DNA of 63,813 bases, the filler included, from Rhabdomonas costata (taxonomy: Eukaryota), in NCBI GenBank assembly GCA_019059605.1. It is 37 parts of 37 records of this genome, joined end to end, with 100 filler letters (N's around TTAATTAATTAA, not from the genome) between each part and the next. Parts side by side here need not be neighbours in the genome. Positions count along the whole stretch, not along the records: positions 51,824 to 53,450 come from JAHMHO010011734.1; positions 53,551 to 55,177 come from JAHMHO010011735.1; positions 55,278 to 56,905 come from JAHMHO010011736.1; positions 57,006 to 58,632 come from JAHMHO010011737.1; positions 58,733 to 60,359 come from JAHMHO010011738.1; positions 60,460 to 62,087 come from JAHMHO010011739.1; positions 62,188 to 63,813 come from JAHMHO010011740.1; 30 more parts are not named here. The stretch is one strand, 5' to 3'. Both the position numbers and the translations under genes were made by a program. Positions 51,824 to 63,813 of this stretch are shown here, one piece after another (position 1 is the stretch's first letter; each line of letters begins with the position of its first letter). The notes under the pieces were generated by a model. That model worked only from the letters and a program-made list of their open reading frames with translations. It was not told where the DNA came from and searched no databases.

Positions 51824-52981
51824 TGTGGTGGGGAAGTCTGTGCCTTTGCCTCAGGAGCGATGACAGCCGCGGCAGCAGGGGCCGGAGCCGGCTTGCTCGG
51901 GGGCGTTCGGCACGGGGGCGTTGGCCCTCTCTTGACAGGCTCCGCCTCGGACTCCGAGCTGGTGTCCAGGCTGGCGGTCTTCTCGGCGTCATCCTCGTCG
52001 GCCTGCACAGCAGTTGTTCGGGGTAGTTAAATACCCAACGCCCGCATAGTGCCAAATGCCCAGCGGCTGATGAGTTGAGCAACTTATAATGAAACATACA
52101 TCATCTCCCAACGGGAGAGCCTTGGCAAGCTGGAATCCTCCACAGCAGGTGCGTCGCCTGCGGTGGAAGATTTTTCCGTTGAATCGCATCGATGGCCCCG
52201 TGAGACAGACATCGTGCCCTGGCGGATATACGCATCACTTAACCTCCAGGTTAACCTTCTTCTGAAAGATACCCTCCAGACAGCTACCCACAAGAATAGC
52301 AACAGAAATAGGAAGCTTGAATACTTCGGAATGTTCGAAATGAAATCAAATTTAATCGCCCTACGTTCGCAAAGTGAGGGTTGCTCTTCCCCTAGGGAGA
52401 CACAAGAAAATTCTTTGCCCCTCCATAAGTGCGACGGTTTTGGGAAACACTGAAACAAGTGACAACCAACGCAACATCACGAGCGACTCATCGATGTAGT
52501 TTCGTGCACATCCTATTGCCTTGTTACCTTTCAAAAAAAATATTATAGCGAGCTTGTTTTGTGTACAGACCACGGCCGTGGCCTTCTTCGCTGCGCCAGC
52601 TTTCGGCTTCCGCTGCGGCGGGGAGGCAGAGCTGCTGCTTCCTGGAAGCCCGTCGCTGTCATCGCTGAGCTCAGCCTCCTTGCTGGCCTTGGTAGTGCTG
52701 CCCTTGTGAGCCTTTCCCGCTGAGGAGGAAGGGGCCGGCTTGGCCACGGCGGGCATGGGCTTGGGATCAGGCTTGCGCTCCGGTTCAGACTCCTCGCTGA
52801 GGCTGCGGTCCCCGTCATCGTGTTTCCCGTCCTTGGCGTCGTTGCCAGCGTCGTCGTCGCTGGGCAGCAGGTCTAGAGAAGAACCCTCTGAGTCCGGGGA
52901 GGGGCTCCGGAGCTTTTGTATTGCTGAGGCCGCCGCTGCCGAAGCTGAACGTGCGGAGAGTGACAGGAGAAGTGAGAGCAT
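51824..52981 (-). CDS. Low-complexity Ser/Asp/Lys/Ala-rich protein; exons ~52981-52571 and 52002-51824
   Basis: High-GC3 open frames bounded by GTG|gtctg and gtgcag|GCC. Confidence 0.65.
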
Positions 52982-53725
52982 GGGCGTGGTTTGGGGCGCT
53001 CACTAAGCAGTGCGCAGATGTGAGTGGGTGATGACCGGCATCATAGTAGCGAGTCAGCATGGGGACCGAATGCGAAGCTCGTTTCCCTGGGGATCTGAGT
53101 GGAGGATTCGCATCGGGGAAAGGAGACGATGCACACAGCGCGGATTCACAGAGCAATGTCCGACTGAATGTCCGACCACTGGATCCTCCCCACTTCCACC
53201 AGGTGTACTATCATACAAGACCTGAATCAACCTGAGCCTGAGGAGCTTGAGTCCTCATTTCCTCGACTGTCCGGTCGCCGCATGTTTCATTCAAGCCCTT
53301 GGAACTTGGGACATAATTCGGAATAAAATGCACGTGTGCGTTCGGGAATGGTTGACGTTGACTTGTTGACATACGGCAGGTCATCTCAAAAGTGAGAGTT
53401 ACATCTGAGACAATAATGCGGCAAAAAAATGACCACGGTACCCAAAAAACNNNNNNNNNNNNNNNNNNNNNNNNNNNNNNNNNNNNNNNNNNNNTTAATT
53501 AATTAANNNNNNNNNNNNNNNNNNNNNNNNNNNNNNNNNNNNNNNNNNNNGGGGTTGGTGGAGATGACAGAGATGACAATCGCCACTTTTGCAGGGAGCT
53601 GTTTGGATCGGAAGACCGGACACTTTTGTACACTTTGGGGGGTACTTCGCTGGAGTCGAGGCTTGAATCTTGAAACGCGGGAAAGGCTGGGTGACCTCAT
53701 CCAGGTCCGGAATCCTAACATATTG

Positions 53726-53825
53726 AGCTGGACTGACGGGTTGGGGCTCATATTTGGTGGGATGTTAGTACTCCTGAGATGAGTTGGTTTGCCGCTTCCT
53801 GGGACTCGTTCTCTAAGCCGAGATC
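53726..53825 (+). repeat. Second dispersed repeat family, copy 2
   Basis: See 51610-51706. Confidence 0.9.
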
Positions 53826-54366
53826 TGCGGCATTGTGGGGTCATTTGGGCCCTTTTTCAAGGGCATTTTCGACTTTTCGAAGTTTTCAAAGGCTTGAGAT
53901 GCACTTTTTGGCCCTTTTCAGGCCTGCTTACTGAGCCTAAGCTTTCCTCCAGGTTTGCTTTGCATCCCAAAGGGCAGAGCCCAGAAGTGCTTCATGCTGC
54001 CATCAGTTTGGACGGAATGCTTCGATTTAGAGTTGCTTTCGAGGCGTTTTTCGGGTCATTTTGGGCCAAGTTTTGCCCTTTTTGGCACTCACGCGTAAAG
54101 GTCCTTTTTGCCCATTTGTTGGCCTCCTGGCTGTGGTTAAGATCTCGGCCGGGGCTGCTTATCCCTCCTAAGCGTAGACCTCAGGAGTACTTCCTGCTGA
54201 CTTCGGAATGGACGTCGGCTGGCCTTCCTGCTGGCCTCAGAAAAAGAAATACTTGCTAGTCTGCACTTGGGCAGCAGAAATGTGCAGACAAGGGTTGTTG
54301 TTGTTTGCCTGGCTGTATGTAATTGGTTGTCTGACACTGATCCCCCTCCCACGTGCACATGCACAG

Positions 54367-54801
54367 CTGGTCATGGTAACTTTTGCGGGGGCCCACGTGG
54401 TGATCCCCCTGGAGCGCACCGATAAGACAGTATACCTGGATCGCCTGCTGGGGCAGGCCCTCCTCACGGGCGCGCCTAGGGTCTTCTTCCAGGCTTGTGC
54501 CCCCACCCCCCACCTTTCACACACACACACACACAATTGCTGTTTGCTGTGCTGCTCTGCTGCCGCTGCTGGTTGTACAGCTGCTGTGCCCACATTTTTT
54601 CAGGTTTGTTTGTAATGTTCTTCCTGGCATTGTACTGTACATTTTTGTTTGTCACCTATATTGCTCAAAATACCAATCCCTTCCCCCCCCCCAATCCGGT
54701 CCTGTCATCGATTTCCTCTCTCCTACCCCACCGCTTCTCACCGGCCCTTGTGTGTGGGATGCACAGATGTCCTACGTTTGTCGGCTGCACCAGAAGCGGC
54801 G
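54367..54801 (+). CDS. Exons of an unknown protein (54367-54492, 54767-~54801)
   Basis: cag|LVMVTFAGAHVVIPLERTDKTVYLDRLLGQALLTGAPRVFFQ|gc...cag|MSYVCRLHQKR. Confidence 0.5.
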
Positions 54802-56836
54802 GTGCGGGTATTCAACGCAGTGTGGGCATGTTCACATGTGCAGAGGTGTGCCCTGTTTCTTTTTCTTTTCGTTGAGTTCGTTTCTGCATATTTCCAGGTG
54901 TATTTTTACTTCGCTTGTCTGATGGAGGCGGAGAACATGATGGAAGCTTTAATCTGTCTTTTCGGCTCCAGAAACAGAGCTACTTCTCAGAAAGAAAGCA
55001 AATTTCTTCTGATTCTCCCCTTTTTCCACTTCTTCCTGGGCGGCAGAATACTGGCTGCAGCTTTTCGCCGTGTACCCATGGCTGAACTGCGAGCCGGACC
55101 CCTCCAACCGCGCCCTGACCCGAGGCGTTGCCGGTCAGCAGGTTAGCCCGGAGGTTGCCATCCCCGGCTGGGCCGCTNNNNNNNNNNNNNNNNNNNNNNN
55201 NNNNNNNNNNNNNNNNNNNNNTTAATTAATTAANNNNNNNNNNNNNNNNNNNNNNNNNNNNNNNNNNNNNNNNNNNNGTTGGTGTGTCGTTCTCATCTCA
55301 TACACAACTGGTGCAGGTTCATGTCATTTTTCAAGTATTATACATAATCATACCATATACAAGTGTGTATTGAGGAATCCACATCTACAGTGGAAAAGTG
55401 CTTTCACAGTTCTACAGGTGGACCGTTCGAGTTATCGGCCGTCGGCAGTATTCTGGCGACGTCCTCCGTCCTAGCAATGGAGAGTGTAACGGTTCAGATC
55501 ACCCAGGTGTTGCACATCCAGAGACGGAGAATAAAAGTCACATGCGTGGGACACAGACCTTTTCAGAGGTTTCCAGAGTACCCTTTTGTCAAGGGTCAGC
55601 TGAGACAGAAGTCGGAGCTCATCCCCTCGTGTGCCAGCCCCTGGCCAGGCCATGGGTCAGGCTATATATCAGCCAGCTGGGCGAGAAGGCTAGAAGAGCA
55701 GGGCCAGGTGGGAGATGGAAGGACAGCAGAGAGACAGTGGGGAAGACCCCTGGCGAGGCAGAGAGCCAGGCCAAGGGAGGGAAGTCACGTGGAAGGAGGT
55801 AGCCAGCACACGAACCTACCGCATCAGAAATCCAAAGGGTGTGTGTTCCAAGGTTACAGAGGAATAAAGTTGCATTCTCACCTTTCTCCCGAGTTTTCAC
55901 AGGTCAGGCAGATTTCAGATTTCAGAGTTTGTCCTGAGTACCCTGGTGCCCCTGAACACCAAGTGCTACGAGAATTACAGTTCGAGGTCCTTAATTAGGT
56001 TCTTAAAATTTGCGTGAGTCCGTTAATGCGGAATTAAATCTAAAAGATAGCTTTTTGTTTGAATTTGTGTTGTGTTTCGCATTTTATGGTGTTTTTGCAG
56101 AGGAGCGTGCAGCAGAACCACAGAGAAACCTCAGGCGAGAGCTGCGGATACCCGAGGCACCAGCAGAGGGAGAGGGGTGAAAAATGATGTGGCGTTTGTG
56201 CGGTAAACTGTGTGTGCTGTCGCGTTCCACTTACACAGCCCTCTTTTTGGGTGGGATATTGTGGAAAGGCATAAGCGGCGAGACCCACCCAGCGAAACCC
56301 CTCCACAGCCCAGAAGGTGTGGGCACCAAGGCCCGGACAAGAGACCCCACCTGTGCCTAAAGCAGCCTTCACGAGCCACAAGTGACCCCCCTGATCTGCA
56401 GAGTTGTGCCAAGAGGTCGCCAGATTTACGCCAAAGTGGCTTGGTAAATCGAAAAGTGGTTGGCACCCCCGCCACCGTTTTAGAAAGGCGACTCCTGCAG
56501 AGAGTATCAGAGCGACTCGAAACCTCCGCCATTTTCTAGCTGTCTAGACACCTAGGTAAGCCGAGGCAGCGCCCAAGTTGTTCAAGCAAGGTCGCTATAC
56601 AGTCCAGCTCAAGTTGGATCCAGAGGTACGACCACCCAAAGAGGTTGGATCCACGTAAGAGTTCCCGCAGCATAGTTTGAGTGTGACACTTTCTTTCCAT
56701 ATCGATCTTTGACCATATGAAATGCCCTTTTGACCAAATGACCTTTTGGCCATCACAACTTGACCATTTCTAATGTCTTTTCCCTGCGAGAATGCCCGTT
56801 TTAATTTTTGTGCCTTTTTTCATGATTTTTGTTTAC

Positions 56837-56901
56837 TTTTGTACCGCTTTTCAACCGCGGATATTATGTTATCATGTGCGCGGTTGAAAAGCGGTACAAA
56901 A
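56837..56901. repeat. Perfect 23-bp inverted repeat at contig end
   Basis: 56837-56859 is the reverse complement of 56879-56901. Confidence 0.9.
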
Positions 56902-57216
56902 AAAANNNNNNNNNNNNNNNNNNNNNNNNNNNNNNNNNNNNNNNNNNNNTTAATTAATTAANNNNNNNNNNNNNNNNNNNNNNNNNNNNNNNNNNNNNNN
57001 NNNNNAACTCAAGACTCTTTGCTTCTCAGCGGTTTGCATCGGTGAACCCATGGTGTGAAGTATGCCTTTGGGATGGCTCCAAGAAAAGTCTGTGGGCTTC
57101 AAACCGATCTCCGACTTGGACGTTTCTCGTATGATGTCTTCAGAACGTGCGCAATGGCCAAATGCTTTCTTCTCTATCCGTGTCCTGTAACTTGGGAATT
57201 GCCTTGATCGACTCAG

Positions 57217-58260
57217 GTGGGGCTGCTGGTCACCCGTGATGCCAAAGCGGAGCTTGAGGTTCCGTGGACCACCACTCCCGCAGCCCTCGAGGAGGCCGCA
57301 GAGAAGCTTTACCTGCACGCCGGTGCATTGTTGTCTCTTGCAGGGTTCCAGTGAAACTGTGTCTTCTTTCTCCATTCTGATGTAACACAAAAGATGCGAA
57401 AGGTGGGCATGCTTGGTGGGTCATGCTCTTATGGAATGTCTACCTGTGTTTGAGCATGCATTTTTTCGGAAGGCTGCCGAAGGCATGCAGAGGTCCAAAC
57501 TCGTTCCCGAAAAGATGGATTCTTGTGAAGCATCTTTGGGTAAAGCGCGGGTTATGAATAGGTTCTGGGTCCCCGTCCCTGGAGAACGTGCTGCGGCTTG
57601 GAGTCCCGCTTTTCGAGGACATCCCCCCGTACGCCAGCCGCGAGATGCTGGTTTTGCTGAACTCCCTGCAAACCTGTGACCCCGGGAACCTCATGGGGGC
57701 GATCGAGTGCGTTTGTTTTCACCCTTAGTCCTGACCACAATCATTAATCCTACCACGACCCCGATTCCAGCGCGTGTGCTGGCTGAGTTTAACCCCCCCC
57801 CCCACACACACACCCTCCGTTCTCTATCTGTTCACCATTTCCAAAGTCCGGAGAGATGTTTGGAAATGTGTGGAGGAAAATCAGGCAAATGCATAGCTAG
57901 CATACAGCAGAGAGCAGAGACTTGTATGCCGTTTCACGGCTATTTGCGATGCCAAGTATTTTCTGAAGCTCTGTCTTTGTGTGTACGTTTCTTTGTTGAC
58001 ATTAGCACGAGCTTCGTCAATTCGTGGTGCGCAATGCCGTTGAACGTTTGCTGCTCTCAGGCGGTGGTGCTGTGTTCGCAGTTGGTATAAATGAGTGATT
58101 TTGTGCGTTATGGTTTGTGGCTCAGGATGGCCGCTTCGGTGCGGGTGAGGTGCTCCTTTGTGAGCTTTGGGGCGGAGCTCTCGGTGGTGCGGCGTCTGGC
58201 CACCCGTACCCATGGCAGCTACGCCGTGGCGCTGAACGAGGCCCACTACCGGAACCTCCT
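57217..58260 (+). CDS. GTF2H2: TFIIH subunit p44/Ssl1 vWA domain; exons 57217-57322, 57562-57706, 58126-58260
   Basis: VGLLVTRDAKAE..|GSPSLENVL..PPYASREMLVLLNSLQTCDPGNL..|VRCSFVSFGAELSVVRRLATRTHGSYAVALNEAHYRNLL; in-phase GT-AG introns. Confidence 0.93.
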
Positions 58261-58408
58261 GTACCTCGATCCACCCTTTTCCTCCCTCCCCCTCACCCGC
58301 TTTTTGCACGAAAAGCGTTTTTTTTGCTTAGAATCAAAGCAGGATACGAAAGACACGCCAAGGGGCACCACAGCCGGACCGGAGTGAACGCTCACAAAAT
58401 TCTGACTC

Positions 58409-58475
58409 CAAGGACGCGGTGTTTCGGGTGGTCTGCTGTAAATACAAGAGACCACAGGCCTCTTCGGGGTCCTTG
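58409..58475 (+). repeat. Dispersed ~70-nt hairpin repeat, copy E (intronic)
   Basis: CAAGGAC...GTGGTCTGCTGTAAATACAAGAGACCACAGGCCTCTTCGGGGTCCTTG. Confidence 0.8.
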
Positions 58476-58794
58476 CTATATCCCCGTTGAGGTGCTGGGA
58501 TGGCCCCACAGCAGAGGGGTCGGGCTGGTTTCCGCGAGTGTGTAAGTTTGTGTGTCTACTGGGCGTTAATGCAGCTCCAGCGCACAAGAACAATTGTCGC
58601 CTGAGCTCCGGCTTTTTTTTATACCAAAAAAANNNNNNNNNNNNNNNNNNNNNNNNNNNNNNNNNNNNNNNNNNNNTTAATTAATTAANNNNNNNNNNNN
58701 NNNNNNNNNNNNNNNNNNNNNNNNNNNNNNNNTGGGTGTGGGTCAGCAGAGTGTAGACAGGAACAAAGCTCCCACAGTGCACTGCGCGGAATAC

Positions 58795-59346
58795 TTGGTG
58801 CCCCATGAGTTGCGGACGATCCAGTAGTACGTGCTGCCTTGCTGACCCACACCCACGATGGCCACCGCGTGGGTCAGCTGGGTGAAGCCACACAGCGACG
58901 AGACTCCTGCGGGAGTGGGGAGGGAGAAAAGAAATGCCGCGTCCAAAAAGGCTCGGAAAAAATGTGCAAGCTGATGAGGTCGACAATTTGGGGCAAGAAA
59001 GTAAAAAAATTGACAAAACTCAGTTTAAAAAAATCCTCTCCACAGTAAAAAATGGCAAATTCCTTCTTGCACCATGTCCTTCCCTTGCTCGGTGTTAAGT
59101 CTCCAGGAAGCCCCCAAAAAGAGTCATTTCGAATGCTGATCTGTCTGTCAAAGGGAATGAGGGGTAAAGGGAAAAAGCCTTGTGAAAAAGTGCGAAAAAG
59201 GGCACCAATGCAACCGTCCAGACACATCTCTCTTCGTGAGGGAGACCTGACGAATAGTACTGCCACTGAGTGGAGTCCACCAGCGCAAACAGCGGCCCGA
59301 ACTTAACCAAAGCGTCTGCGATGGCGGGCTCGTTGTACGCCGTGAG
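58795..59346 (-). CDS. Papain-family (C1A) cysteine protease; exons 59346-59247 and 58906-58795
   Basis: FGPLFALVDSTQWQYYSS|GV...LTHAVAIVGVG...YWIVRNSWG contains the catalytic His and Asn. Confidence 0.96.
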
Positions 59347-59817
59347 CTTTTATTTTTCAAAAAGCGCTTGTGAGGAACGGATACTTAGTACACGGAGGTG
59401 CTACACTGCTTTGCAGAAGGGTGGAAGAGAGACATATCGGAGATATGGTTGTTTGTAATGTTGTCATTGTTTTTACTGTTTTGCTGGATCGCTCGCTTGC
59501 CTGTTTGTCCTGTCGCCTGCTTGCTCTTCTTTGCTTCATTGTCTTTGTGTTGTCCAAGTGTGCGTTTTCTTGCCTTGCTATTGTGCATGGTGCTGCTGCT
59601 CTTATATGCCGCTGAAAAGCAATCTGCTGCACCTGCTGTTTGGTTTGGTGCCGGTTTTTGCGACGACGGCTTTTGTTGTGTTCTTGGCGCCATGCAAGAA
59701 AGTTCCTTTCTTCTTCCCAACTGTTAACAATGCTGTAGAATGTGACGTACCGAGATTAACCTAGATGTGATATTATCTGTAATGGTATTACTGTATAAAG
59801 GCTATTATAGCCCCCCC

Positions 59818-59875
59818 CCCACGCATGTCAAAAGCAGTTCCGAATACCCACGCATGTCAAAAGCAGTTCCGAATA
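59818..59875. repeat. Exact 29-bp tandem duplication
   Basis: CCCACGCATGTCAAAAGCAGTTCCGAATA x2. Confidence 0.97.
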
Positions 59876-61559
59876 ATGGGGTGAGTAAACAGAATTCGTT
59901 TCACACAGAAACCTTTTAAAGGTTTTCCCCCACAGTGGCAAACTAACCAAATTCAGCCAAGTCAGAGAAGTGGCCCCAACAGAACCTCCACCCCCCCTTT
60001 TCCTGAGAAGCGGAATGACAGTGCCTACGTTGGTGGCACGGATAACAGGACTTTTTTTTCGTGAGGTTCAGCCGGATGACCCCAAAGCATCTGAGAAACC
60101 GAAAGTGATTTCCTGAATTTCTTGAAGGACGAGAACCGCGGAATTATCTCCGGCATCCCTCTCTCTTGGAAAAAATAACGTTGCCCAATATAAAACTGCT
60201 TGCCCCCGTTTGTTTGTGGTTTCCACAAAAATGGCTTTCATGGAAGGCTCTCCCCACGGTGAGAGAGAAGTCGAGACTCCAAACCCCTGCCAGCTCCCTA
60301 AACTGCGCCGCGGGAGCTTTCTGGGCGGGAATCTCGGAGCACGGCCCTGCCACCCCACCNNNNNNNNNNNNNNNNNNNNNNNNNNNNNNNNNNNNNNNNN
60401 NNNTTAATTAATTAANNNNNNNNNNNNNNNNNNNNNNNNNNNNNNNNNNNNNNNNNNNNCGGTCAATTTGATGGGTAGGGGTGACGGTATCTAGCGCTAA
60501 GACAAGAATGGTGATACTACATTGGGATTTGCTCGAAAGTGCCTCGAGTACGCTATCTGTATTGCCTGAGAGATGGATGTGGGTGTGTCCCCGGGGAAGG
60601 TGCAGGTGGAAAGGGATAGCCATGTGGGAGGCATGGGTGGCACTATCTGTCACTCTGAGGCGTGGACACCTTGGAAGGCGTTTGGAAGGGGAGAGTAACT
60701 GTTGGGTGACGCATGCTATGGTGGTACGTAGCCATGTGATCTTGACGTTGCTTGAGCTGGATGAACTGTGGGCCCGGGGTAGGGACGCGGTGAGGTAAGG
60801 GCAAAGGAACGTCTGTGGTGGTGTAGTATCCTATCTGCGTGACCACGATGCACTGCACTGAGTTTCGTGAACTGAGAGGGGAGTTACCTGTTGAGGCGAT
60901 CCTGTCGTCCAGCTGGTAACCTCTCAGCTCCTAGCCGGGATTTCTGCTGTCACGTCGGTGCTGGTTCTTCGCGCGTAGATTTCTTATCCTCATTACGACA
61001 GGATGGTGTTGCGTGTATCCAGCTAAGACACTCACGGGTCCCGTAAAGTAGGGTACAAGCCACCACCCTGGATGTGAGGGCAAGGATCTCTTTGATGCGG
61101 AAGGTTGTCCGGTCAGTTTGGTGCAGCATTGGTTTCATGGCGTCCCTTCAACGTTGTGGTACAGCGTCAGCCCAGGGCGAGGCAGCTGGTTGGGATGGAG
61201 TGCGTTCGTTGGTTGGGCTCAGGTTGGTTGTTGGCCCCACGTGGAGAAGGTGGGTTAGTCCAATATCAGCAAGGGTTCTGTCAGCGCTTCGTGCCATACC
61301 TACGACCGTGGTGTCTGCATCTACGCTATCTGCCTTCCAACGGTGACGTCGCAGGTTGTACACATCTATTACAAGGTCCGGCAGTGTGTGGTGTTGGTAC
61401 GAGTATGTCATCGTGGTTTGTCCAACGTTGGGGCATGGTTACCCAGTTAGTAGACCGTCACGTGGTTTGACTTCAGCGTCACTCCTTCCCCCTAACGTGA
61501 TGTCATGGTGTAGTGCAACCCGATGCTTGGGACCATGTGGTCATGCTACTCTCCCACTG

Positions 61560-62005
61560 AGCCTGTGGCTTTCCCACCGCCTACCGCTTCATCTCCCTTC
61601 CCACCCTCCTCTTCTTTCCCGCAAAGCTCCCAACCGCCACTCAGCCTTCTTCCAGACCTTATGTGCCGCTTCTCTTCTCTCCCCTTCCTCCTATCCTTAT
61701 GGTTCTCCCACTTTTCTCACTCACAAGTCCGCGGTGAAGGCTCGGCTGATTTCTGACCTGCGTTTCTACAACTCCCTTTCTGTTTCACTCATTTCAAAAC
61801 CACCCGCCTTTTCTTTACCCCAGCTGGACTCACTGTTCACCTCACGCTCCGGTCCTCCTCTCTATTTTACCAAACTGGACATCGCAAATTGCTTCTGGTC
61901 CATCTCTCTCCCCTCCCCTGTGGTGCATTCACTCTTCAATCTCCTCTTGGAATACTCTCTTCTCGGCGCTTACCTTTCGGCTGGACCTGGTCTCCTCTCC
62001 TACAC
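61560..62005 (+). mobile_element. Reverse transcriptase fragment, DIRS/Ngaro-like, frameshifted and truncated
   Basis: FLTHK...ARLISDLRFYN...FTKLDIANCFWSI, then a frameshift near 61915-61921 into RRLPFGWTWSP; no YxDD segment follows. Confidence 0.85.
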
Positions 62006-62197
62006 AGGACGCCGCAAAGGACCACCGGCATAAAAAGACTTCTGTTTGAAATGTCACATGGGTGGAGGGTGGGAATTCAAACACACANNNNNNNNNNNNN
62101 NNNNNNNNNNNNNNNNNNNNNNNNNNNNNNNTTAATTAATTAANNNNNNNNNNNNNNNNNNNNNNNNNNNNNNNNNNNNNNNNNNNNGTGTGGTGGG

Positions 62198-63404
62198 ATG
62201 ACCTCAATTGAGTTTTTGTACCTGCAAGGAATCCGGTCTTTTAACCCGAACCCGGATAGTGCCCAGCGGCTGAAGCAGCAGATTCGGTTCTTTGCCCCTT
62301 TGACAGTGATTCTGGGGCACAACGGAGCAGGAAAGACGACCATAATTGAAGCTCTGCGAAATGCTTGCAGTGGTGACCTTCCTCCTGGTACACGGGGAGG
62401 AGCTTCTTTTGTGCACGACCCTAAGATGGCTGGCCAGACTGAGGCATTTGCTCCCCGCCCCACTTTTTGCAGTATTTTCATCTCTTCTTTGTGGCGGACA
62501 CTCGACCAACAGCAGTAGAGAGAAAGGGACAGTGACAGCGATTGAAAAGCGCTCTGGCCCACGTGTTGCTTCCTTCTTCCTTCCTCTTAGGTCAAAGCCC
62601 AGGTTCGCTTTCAGTTTCGCACCATTCATGGGAAGCGCATGCTTGTTGTCCGCTCTTATCAGGTACTTTCCCTGGAATATTTGTACTTCACAGACTCAGT
62701 CAGTCGGTCGGTCTCGAAGGTCGTCTGTTTTGTTTAAGGTGACTCAATGCCGCACCAATCCTCAGTTCAGCAGGGTGGATGCGCTGGTACAAACAACGAA
62801 TGAAAAAGGTGCCATCCAGCATCGGGGCTGCTGTTTCAAATAAACACTGAATAATAGGTCACCGAAGTCCTTTTATTGGAACAGGTGAACTCATTCCACA
62901 CACCTACAAATGTGCGGACATCGACAAGCTCATCCCTGAGCTCATGGGTGTCCCCCGAGCAATCCTGGAGAGCGTAATTTTCTGCCATCAAGAGGAATGT
63001 AATTGGCCTTTGGGTGAGCCCGCTGCTCTGAAGAAGAGGTTTGACGCCATTTTCGCAGCGACAAGGTTTGTCTTCGCATTTCTCACAGCACACAGCAAGC
63101 AACATGCGGGTAACCAAAACTGGTTTGATATTTGGAATTTTAGCATATCCTCTTTTGGGTTGGGTGACTGGGACAGTGTTCAATTTGCTGGGCAGGTACA
63201 CAAAGGCCCTTGATGAAATTCGCTCCTTCCGGAAAGAGCAGCTCTTGCAAATTAAGGAATACGAATCCTCCCTCAAGGTTTTTTCTTTGTTTTATTCAGG
63301 CTTTGAACGTAGGGGTGGTGTGTAGTCCCCTTAGTTTGGTAGGCACCTTTTTTCTTCAGGTTTTGGCTGAGCACAAGGCTCAGGCAAAGAAGCTTCAAAC
63401 CGAG
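62198..63404 (+). CDS. RAD50: DNA repair protein RAD50, N-terminal ATPase; exons 62198-62443, 62591-62662, 62739-62808, 62885-63065, 63196-63277, 63360-63404
   Basis: LQGIRSF, GHNGAGKTTIIE (Walker A), FVHDPK, VIFCHQEECNWPL, LKKRFDAIF..RYTKAL; all exons in phase. Confidence 0.98.
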
Positions 63405-63813
63405 GTATGGTTCTTCCCCCAACCATCTTTGGACAGAAGATGCTGTTGCCTTAAAAAAAAAGCGTAAAAAAAATGGATCTGAAAGATAATGCAGTAGAAA
63501 TGGACCTTTGGCGGGGGCGGAGTTGGGCAGGAAGGTTTTTGGCCTTCTAGATTTAAGTGGTGTTGTTGTGTGTTCATGCAAAACTGTTGTACACATTTCC
63601 CGCGTCATGGCGAATAATTTTGATTCTTGAGCTCGACCACCAAGAACTGGAGCACCAGGACTACCCAGGAGGACAATCCAATACTAGTCAGCTCAGTCAC
63701 ATACCCAGACACAAGGTCGGATTCACATTCCGGCAATTTTAAAGTGAATTTTGGCCTCACACAGCAGCATGCCCACACCCATGTACCAAAGAAGTCGGAC
63801 TTTCCCCACCACA

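Noticed and set aside
59818..59875. 29-bp repeat of CRISPR-like length
   Set aside because: Two directly adjacent copies, no spacer, eukaryotic context.

Overview
This is not a contiguous locus. It is 37 unrelated contigs of about 1.63 kb each, joined by 36 artificial 100-nt spacers (44 N + TTAATTAATTAA + 44 N), so gene order across spacers carries no information. The DNA comes from an intron-rich eukaryote with short exons, weak 5' splice sites and several GC donors. This is consistent with a protist such as a euglenid, but that assignment is inference only. Manual splicing recovers fragments of RAD50, TFIIH p44, BRX1, RFT1, GTP cyclohydrolase I, MetH, Sua5, an ABCB transporter, a TBC Rab-GAP, a GT10 fucosyltransferase, a papain-family protease, a PA-domain peptidase, Kelch, WWE and MSS51-like proteins and a presequence-bearing VOC protein. 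It also shows decayed mobile DNA: hAT transposase, DIRS-like RT, a gag knuckle, probable gypsy pol remnants and a tRNA-derived head. The most unusual signals are (i) a ~70-nt self-complementary repeat in five unrelated contigs with compensatory stem changes, (ii) atypical splice signals, including junctions in the ABCB gene that do not resolve canonically, and (iii) a probable catalytically dead metalloprotease. No rRNA, intact tRNA or CRISPR array was found. All family calls come from motif recognition by eye, not database searches.
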